A DNA stretch of 63,147 nt from assembly GCA_043803405.1 (NCBI GenBank), contig JAZDKB010000007.1, forward strand, positions 1-63,147, given 5' to 3'. The notes under the pieces are model-generated. The model saw only the letters and a list, made by a program, of their open reading frames with translations. It had not been told where the DNA came from and did no database searches. This stretch comes from Spirochaetota bacterium (lineage in GTDB: Bacteria; Spirochaetota; UBA4802; JAFGDQ01). Position 1 is the stretch's first letter. Each line of letters starts with the position of its first letter. A program made the position numbers and the translations under genes. Below, piece by piece: positions 56,858-63,147 of the stretch.

Positions 56858-56894
56858 CGTTGATTATGGCAAGGCAAATATAATATGAATAATA

Positions 56895-57120
56895 TAGATA
56901 ATGGATAGATTATGCGCAGGCAGCAGGTTTATGGATAGGCAGCGAGGTTATAGATAGACAGCGGATAATGGATAGGTCATGCGCAGGCAGCATGTTTATG
57001 GATAGACAGCGGTGTAATAGATAGGTTATGCGTAGGTAGCATGTTTATGGATAGAGAGCGAGGTTATAGATAGACAGCGGATAATGGATAGATAGCGGTG
57101 TAATAGATAGACATGTTTAT
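56895..57120. repeat. Degenerate array of REP half-sites (GATAG-containing)
   Basis: Repeated ATGGATAG(G/A)CAG, ATAGATAGACAGCGG and GCAGGCAGCA.GTTT blocks. Confidence 0.7.
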
Positions 57121-57152
57121 GGATAGGCAGGGATTTAAATCCCTGCCTATCC
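57121..57152. repeat. 32-bp REP-like palindrome, copy 3
   Basis: GGATAGGCAGGGATTT-AAATCCCTGCCTATCC (perfect). Confidence 0.85.
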
Positions 57153-57275
57153 GGAAGGCAAATATGATTCCCTGCCTATCCGGAAACCATAACGTATGCG
57201 CGTATTCAATGATCGCCATATTCAAAACAATTCGTAATTATTTACAAATATAAGAAAATCAAAAGGAGGACTTTT

Positions 57276-58727
57276 ATGAAGATAAAGCATTTTGTTACAA
57301 CGGCAATTTTGTTTATTTCGTGCGCGCTTTTGTTCGCGTGCGCAAAAGCTGAAAGAAGCAATGAGAATGACCCGAAGAGCGACGATTTTCAGATTTCCAC
57401 GTCTATAAGACCGGTGTCGGGTTCAGTTATTGTGGGACATGAACCGATCAGGATTACTTTTGAGGATACAATGGATACTGCTAGTTCTCCGGTTTTTACC
57501 GGAACAATGAGCACTGCAGCTGATAACGCAACACTTGCATGGACGACTACTTCCAATACAAACGACACACTTACAATAAATCCCAACGTCGGCAATATTT
57601 ATCCTTCAGGCACTGGTGCTACCCTCACTGTAACCTGCAACAATATTTCGGGTGCTCCGATAACAGTGAGCCTTTCTTATACTGTTGAGTATGCGGTGTA
57701 TGTGAGAAAAACCGACAGTTCCAACAGTGATCCGGGAACAAGAGTTAAGCCCAGGACAGCTATCCAGGCTGGAATAATTCAAGCTGATGCTTTCTATTCG
57801 ACAGCAAGAGTAAATGTCGCCGGAGGGACGTATAGCTCTAACTATCGTTCAACGACATATCCTGTAATAGATATGGTAGAAAATATTTCTGTATACGGAG
57901 GATATTCGGACAACTTCAGTGAGCGTAATGTTACTACTTACGAAACTATAATTGAGGACACTAGTACAAGCTTAGGTTCCACAGCTTCCCCAAACAGAGT
58001 TGTTAACTGTTCAAATACTATTGATGGTAGCGCAGCAAATACTGTTATTGACGGATTTACGATTAAACTTGGGGGAGGAGAATGTAATGCCGGGATTTTT
58101 TGCCAGGGGAATATTACAATCAGCCATAATATAATTTCGGGAAAAACATCAACGACACTTGTAGTAACCGATGTACATGGTATCTCGATATTATCAACAT
58201 CGTCATTAACTGTATCGCCAATTATATCGTATAATACGATAGATCCCGGATATGGCAACTCGACTACTTCTAAAACCTATGGAATTTACAGCAGTGGTTA
58301 TGATGCAACTCATCTGGCAACAGCACAAATAGATTATAATATAATAACAGGGGGAAATGGAAGGTATACATATGGGATACAGGATATAAATTATTCAAAC
58401 TCCAGTATATTAAACAATACCAAAATAGATTGCGGTGTAGGTTCTGTTTTAGCTTACTGTATTAATATAGATACTAACTGCCACCCTGCAATTGAGTCTA
58501 ATACGTTTTCAAATGATTCTGGTTTAACAACAACTAGGTATGGAATTTGCGAGCAATCTTCATCCTCTAATCCTTCAAGAGTCAGAAATAATCATTTTGA
58601 TTTTTCCACTTCTAATTTAGAAGTATACTACTATGATGAAGGCATAGATCCTCCTGTTAAAGATTTTACAACTGCGGTTTCTACAGAAGAAGGAAGTCAA
58701 ACATTAACTTATTGGAGTAACTACTAG
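57276..58727 (+). CDS. Lipoprotein with an Ig-like domain and a DUF1565-like/right-handed beta-helix
   Basis: SD AGGAGG; lipobox LFAC; 'VYVR...PGT...P..AIQ.GI', 'SVYGGYS..F..R', 'IDGFTI'. Confidence 0.8.
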   Translation: MKIKHFVTTAILFISCALLFACAKAERSNENDPKSDDFQISTSIRPVSGSVIVGHEPIRITFEDTMDTASSPVFTGTMSTAADNATLAWTTTSNTNDTLTINPNVGNIYPSGTGATLTVTCNNISGAPITVSLSYTVEYAVYVRKTDSSNSDPGTRVKPRTAIQAGIIQADAFYSTARVNVAGGTYSSNYRSTTYPVIDMVENISVYGGYSDNFSERNVTTYETIIEDTSTSLGSTASPNRVVNCSNTIDGSAANTVIDGFTIKLGGGECNAGIFCQGNITISHNIISGKTSTTLVVTDVHGISILSTSSLTVSPIISYNTIDPGYGNSTTSKTYGIYSSGYDATHLATAQIDYNIITGGNGRYTYGIQDINYSNSSILNNTKIDCGVGSVLAYCINIDTNCHPAIESNTFSNDSGLTTTRYGICEQSSSSNPSRVRNNHFDFSTSNLEVYYYDEGIDPPVKDFTTAVSTEEGSQTLTYWSNY

Positions 58728-58770
58728 TTTTATTTTAATTGTAAATATTAAAATTTAAGGAAAGAACATT

Positions 58771-61700
58771 ATGTTAAAAATTGGAGATAAAGCAGTCGAT
58801 TTTTCACTTACTATTTATGGCGGTGGTGCATACAATTTCAACCAAGCAGGTTATCCAAATAAGACAACAATATTATCGTTTATTGATATCAATAATAGTT
58901 GGGACTGGATTTATTATTTATTAAGGTTTAGAGCAGAGTATAGTACAACAGATGTTGATATGATAGCAATAATATTTAATTCTGTTGGTAATATGAATTC
59001 TGGTTTGATAGATAATAAATTCCCTCCACCGGCAGGAGCAGGTACAGAACGAAGATTCACAAGAGCCAATCTTCAAAGTACTGCCGGTCTGACTGTTCTA
59101 ATCGATAATACTTGGGCAAGTAGTATTGCATCTGATTATCAAAATGGTTTTAGTTCAGTTAATGATCCTTCCTTTAATGGAAGCTCTGGAACATCTTCTT
59201 GGTCATACATCATTTCAAAAGAATTTTATATTACCGATAAGTGGAACACCAACTGTACAACCAACGGTGATCCTTTGTCATTCCTACGGTTTCAGTTATT
59301 TATATCACATTTGCAAATTGCAGGCACATTTGTCGCAGGCAACACCGCAAGAATCGCACTTGATCCACTAGGCCTTGCAGGGAATTACATTGACATAGCA
59401 TATAATGGAATTGTGTACACTTATACGGTTAGTTGTCCGGGCGTTACATCAGTAACGCCAACAAACGGGACTACTTCTTCCAGCCTTGTACCGATCGCAA
59501 TTCAGTTTGCGGCAGATACTCCTGCAGCAAATAATTCAGCTAATTATACACTCACTACCGAAGCAGGAGCAGCAATAGCCGGACTCGCAGTTACTTCGCT
59601 CAATTACGCGACAGCTTTTACAAGCGCGAGTGCCTATTCCGGTGTTGTACAACGGTATTTAAAACAGAGAATCGACAATCTTATTGCTGTACCGAGAGTT
59701 CTCCAGGTGATACCCCAGTTTGGTGGATATATTGAGAGTCTTCCAGGATCAAGAATCGATATAGTTTTATCGAAACCGGTAGGGGATATAAATGGTGCAG
59801 CCCCTGAAGCAATTCTTGATATAACTGATATTAAAAGAATAGCGAATTATGAGCTATATGAGCCTAATGGATTAACTCTTAGTTCTATTTTGTATGAAAA
59901 TTCAGGACTCCGTTCAGCGAACATTGATAATATTGGCAAGATTGAGAATGTAGTGACTCTGACTTTTACCGGATCGCTTGTTGAAGGGGCATTCGGAATA
60001 AGAGTAAATAATAATCCGACTGCAAACGAGAGGATACAGGATACGAATGGAGTTGACTACCTCGAGGGTAATAACGGCGATCCGTACTATACAATAGGAT
60101 ATACTGTAGACCTGACAGTCCCAGCAATCGAGAGCATCTCATCTACAACATTAAACGATACATACAAGGAATATGATACTATAGACATAGAAGTAAACTT
60201 TTCAGAAGCAGTAACCCTTGCCGGAGGCAATCTAAACGTGACTCTCGATACAGGCGCGGTAGTTTCCGTAAGCGCGGCAGTTTATCCCGCAACGCAGCTG
60301 GCAGGGACATATACCGTACAGGCAGGAGAGAACAGCACAGATTTAAACGTTACAGGCATAGCGCTCTCGGCAGGAACGCTTAAGGATAATGCCGGACATG
60401 ATGCTGATCTAACTTTGCCGGCAGGTGATAATCTCGCGGATAATTGCGACATTGTGATAGACACAACCGCTCCCGCAAACACAGCCGGTTACCCGGCTGC
60501 CGATACCGCAACAGCAACCGGCTTCACGGTGAAAGCAATGATAAACGAAAACGGAACGGCTTATTACGAGGTACTGGCAAACGGAGCAGGGGCGCCGTCA
60601 TCCGCACAGGTAAAGGCTGGCGTGGACGCATCCGGCTCAGCTGCGCTTAAGAGCGGCAGCATAGCACTGACTGCCGGAACTGAAGGAAGCTCGGCTGTTA
60701 CGGGATTATCCGGCAACACGGATTACGACGTGTTCGTAGTTGCTGAGGACAGCGTACAGAACATACAGGCTTCGCCTGTCAAGGTAGACATCAAGACTTT
60801 GTCAGTACTAAGCAGCGCCAAAGACATCACCGGCTTTGTAATAGACACTGTAAGCGGGACCATAGGCGCAAATACCATATCCCTGACCATGCCCGAAGGA
60901 ACTGATATAACAAACCTTGTACCTGCAATCACAGTATCCCCGGGAGCGAGCGTGAGCCCGGCAAGCGGAGCAGCAACGGACTTCACAAGCCCGGTCGCGT
61001 ACACTGTAACAGCGGAAGACGCAAGTACAAAGGTTTACACTGTCACAGTCAGGGCAGCATACGTCTTTATCCGCGACACGCTCTCCGACAACGGAACAGA
61101 AGCATATACTGCAAATGCGTGCCATAGCCCGGATATTATTATATGGGCGGACTCCACGGCCGATTCTTCAACATTCCCGCTTACAGGCAACACTTACGGC
61201 GGCAACATCATTGAAATTGGACAGCCGAATTATATTTATCTCAGGATATTAAACAGATCAAATACGGAATTGCCGGCGTCCACATTAAAGGCTAAATTAT
61301 GCTACGGCCCATTGATCACTTTGCTTTATCCCGGATCGCCTGATCCTGTAACATGGACAGATGTAACGACAGTTGACATTGATATTCCGGCCGTTCCGGC
61401 AGCGTCCGGCGTTACGCCAGGGTACGCAGTTTCATCTGTAATCGAGTGGACCCCGGATCCGGATGTTGTATCAGAGGGCTTTGATGCCTACTGCCTTATC
61501 GCAATGTTCAGGAAAACAACGGAGGATTTTCCGGATGAATATACTACAATCACAGACTGGACGGAATATCTGCAGTTCATCAATTCGCATAAAAACGTAG
61601 CGTTTAAAAACATAGCAACGCAGGATGCAATAATCCCGAATCCGTCGCCCATGCCCCTGCCTGGTTTTCATGTACAGGGCTTTAAGAAAAAGTTCAAATG

Positions 61701-62952
61701 GGACCTCGAACTCGATGTTAAGGATTTGCCTGCGGGCAGCGTTGTTTCCATAAATATTAATAATAAGATACTTGGCAAAAAACCGGAATTGATTAATATG
61801 AAGGAGTTGAATCTTAAAAAGAAGAGCACACAGCGCTGGTTCCGGGTCAATGAAAAAAAGGCAGGGGTGATGAAAAATCTGGAACTGCCGGATGATAAAA
61901 TACACAGATGCGACTTGAAGCTTCTGCTTCCAGCCAATGCACGTCATAAGAAAGAATATAACCTGCGCGTATCGCAGAGAGTTGGCAAGGAGATTCTCGG
62001 CAGCGTGAATTACGTCATAAGGGGCATTGAGTTTGATAAAGCAAAGTATATCGGTCTTCTGTCAAATCATCTTGTCCATAAAAGGGATTGCACCAGTCTT
62101 GCTAAAATGCCGAAGGACAACATGGTTCCGTTCGAGAGCCTTGCGGACGCACGTAAAAAAGGCTTTGACCCCGCGCTCGATTGCCTTAATAGTCCGTTTA
62201 AACTTCGCGATGTATCGGGCAGGCTACAGTATAAAATATTGCAATATCTCAACTCAGTAAAATCCGAAAAGGACCTGCAAAAAAGAATCGTTGATACTCT
62301 CGGCATTGGCTATTTTAGAGACAGGTACGGCATAACAGACAGAATGGGTATGGGTTTAACAGAATCGACAGCAAGGGAGATTATCAGGCAGAGAAACAGG
62401 CTGGGCAAGTTTACAAGGCTGGAACAGGTAGACAACATTGTCGGTGTGGGCAGAGACACATTAATTGATATTGTAAACTCGTTTAAAGACGGCGATGTTT
62501 CAGACGCAGGCAGACAGCCTGGTAAATTGTCGAAAGCGAAAAAGCCGGCAAAGGCTAAAAAACAGGCAAAACCAGTAAAAGCGGTCAAGACTACAAAGGC
62601 GAAAATGCCTGTTAAAGCAAAGAAACCTGTTAAAACGAAAACGCAAACGAAGCCCGTTAAAAAGCAGATAAAAGCAGTAAAACCGATTAAGGCAAAAATG
62701 GTGGTGAAGAAGGTGAAGGTATCAAAGCCTGCAAAGCTTAAAACGCAAACGAAGCAGGCAAAGACGGTAACGCAGACGAAAACAAAAAAGCCCGTTGTAA
62801 AAGCCGGCGGTTTAAACCGCGGGATTAAAAAGCAGACAAAAGCAGTAAAGCCAGTTAAGCCAAAAAAAGCAGTGAAGAAAGGCAAAGTGATAAAGCCGGT
62901 TAAACCTAAAAAAGCAATTAAAAAAGCAAAGGCTAAAAAGCCGGCAAAATAG
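58771..62952 (+). CDS. 1393-aa mosaic protein: AhpC/TSA-like N-terminus, Ig/Fn3-like domains, Ada-like metal-binding domain, helix-hairpin-helix, Lys/Ala/Pro-rich tail
   Basis: 'MLKIGDKAVDFSL'; 'YIG...VHKRDC...FESLADARKKGFDPALDC'; 'AREIIRQRNRLGKFTRLEQVDNIVGVG'; about 145-aa K/A/P/V tail. Confidence 0.85.
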   Translation: MLKIGDKAVDFSLTIYGGGAYNFNQAGYPNKTTILSFIDINNSWDWIYYLLRFRAEYSTTDVDMIAIIFNSVGNMNSGLIDNKFPPPAGAGTERRFTRANLQSTAGLTVLIDNTWASSIASDYQNGFSSVNDPSFNGSSGTSSWSYIISKEFYITDKWNTNCTTNGDPLSFLRFQLFISHLQIAGTFVAGNTARIALDPLGLAGNYIDIAYNGIVYTYTVSCPGVTSVTPTNGTTSSSLVPIAIQFAADTPAANNSANYTLTTEAGAAIAGLAVTSLNYATAFTSASAYSGVVQRYLKQRIDNLIAVPRVLQVIPQFGGYIESLPGSRIDIVLSKPVGDINGAAPEAILDITDIKRIANYELYEPNGLTLSSILYENSGLRSANIDNIGKIENVVTLTFTGSLVEGAFGIRVNNNPTANERIQDTNGVDYLEGNNGDPYYTIGYTVDLTVPAIESISSTTLNDTYKEYDTIDIEVNFSEAVTLAGGNLNVTLDTGAVVSVSAAVYPATQLAGTYTVQAGENSTDLNVTGIALSAGTLKDNAGHDADLTLPAGDNLADNCDIVIDTTAPANTAGYPAADTATATGFTVKAMINENGTAYYEVLANGAGAPSSAQVKAGVDASGSAALKSGSIALTAGTEGSSAVTGLSGNTDYDVFVVAEDSVQNIQASPVKVDIKTLSVLSSAKDITGFVIDTVSGTIGANTISLTMPEGTDITNLVPAITVSPGASVSPASGAATDFTSPVAYTVTAEDASTKVYTVTVRAAYVFIRDTLSDNGTEAYTANACHSPDIIIWADSTADSSTFPLTGNTYGGNIIEIGQPNYIYLRILNRSNTELPASTLKAKLCYGPLITLLYPGSPDPVTWTDVTTVDIDIPAVPAASGVTPGYAVSSVIEWTPDPDVVSEGFDAYCLIAMFRKTTEDFPDEYTTITDWTEYLQFINSHKNVAFKNIATQDAIIPNPSPMPLPGFHVQGFKKKFKWDLELDVKDLPAGSVVSININNKILGKKPELINMKELNLKKKSTQRWFRVNEKKAGVMKNLELPDDKIHRCDLKLLLPANARHKKEYNLRVSQRVGKEILGSVNYVIRGIEFDKAKYIGLLSNHLVHKRDCTSLAKMPKDNMVPFESLADARKKGFDPALDCLNSPFKLRDVSGRLQYKILQYLNSVKSEKDLQKRIVDTLGIGYFRDRYGITDRMGMGLTESTAREIIRQRNRLGKFTRLEQVDNIVGVGRDTLIDIVNSFKDGDVSDAGRQPGKLSKAKKPAKAKKQAKPVKAVKTTKAKMPVKAKKPVKTKTQTKPVKKQIKAVKPIKAKMVVKKVKVSKPAKLKTQTKQAKTVTQTKTKKPVVKAGGLNRGIKKQTKAVKPVKPKKAVKKGKVIKPVKPKKAIKKAKAKKPAK

Positions 62953-62966
62953 ATTTAAATCTGTTC

Positions 62967-62995
62967 AATGGCCCGGACATTCAGCGCCGGGCCAT
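62967..62995 (+). terminator. Hairpin after the large gene
   Basis: ATGGCCCGG-acattcagcg-CCGGGCCAT; no clear U-tract. Confidence 0.5.
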
Positions 62996-63049
62996 CGCAG
63001 GGCTGTCTCATGCTAAATATAACTTCTGAAATTCCTGCTCCGGATTAAA

Positions 63050-63140
63050 TCCTCCGGCTCGCTACGCTCGCCACCTCCTTTATTAAAGGAGGTTTGAAAG
63101 CTTTTTACCCCCTTTTTTTAAAGGGGGTTAGGGGGATTTT
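63050..63140. repeat. REP-like short palindromes at the window end
   Basis: ACCTCCTTT-att-AAAGGAGGT and a CCCCC-T-run/A-run-GGGGG hairpin followed by AGGGGGATTT. Confidence 0.55.
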
Positions 63141-63147
63141 CATCCCA

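Noticed and set aside
56599..56888. ORFs of 75-94 aa across the 21-bp repeat
   Set aside because: Open in several frames only because the repeat unit lacks stops; no SD or domain evidence

Overview
AT-rich bacterial chromosomal segment. A spirochaete-like host is an inference from the lipoprotein-rich content and the CsgG-like, HD-GYP and beta-helix gene mix; it is not proven. Block 1 (1-25 kb) is a Wzx/Wzy exopolysaccharide/capsule locus: flippase, several GT2s, a GT-C, wecB, PssD/PssE, a Wzy/O-ligase-like protein, a Wzc with a degenerate P-loop, and a short OPX plus beta-barrel. It also holds a stand-alone A-PCP-TE NRPS with a glycine-type code coupled to a CelD/BcsL GNAT, and an exosortase-EpsI fusion directly preceded by a 71-aa PEP-CTERM peptide whose mature part is little more than three N-G-S/T sequons. 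Block 2 (25-27 kb) holds a candidate anti-Shine-Dalgarno sRNA, an Arg-repeat membrane protein and a degenerate HD-GYP protein. Block 3 (27-50 kb) is an array of about a dozen surface lipoproteins/secreted proteins, including an unannotated 47-aa Trp-repeat mini-lipoprotein next to a fibre-like gene. Several of these genes share a TGTGAC-N16-TCGCT promoter-like motif, which recurs as TGTGCC-N16-TCGCT upstream of an ECF sigma/anti-sigma/CsgG-barrel operon at 50-52.5 kb; that sigma appears to start at ATT. Block 4 (53-63 kb) has an antiporter, an IS200-family tnpA with REP-like palindromes and a 21-bp hairpin tandem repeat, and a 1393-aa mosaic protein ending in Ada-like, HhH and histone-H1-like modules. 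No rRNA, tRNA or CRISPR array was seen. All family assignments come from motif recognition by eye; no searches were run.
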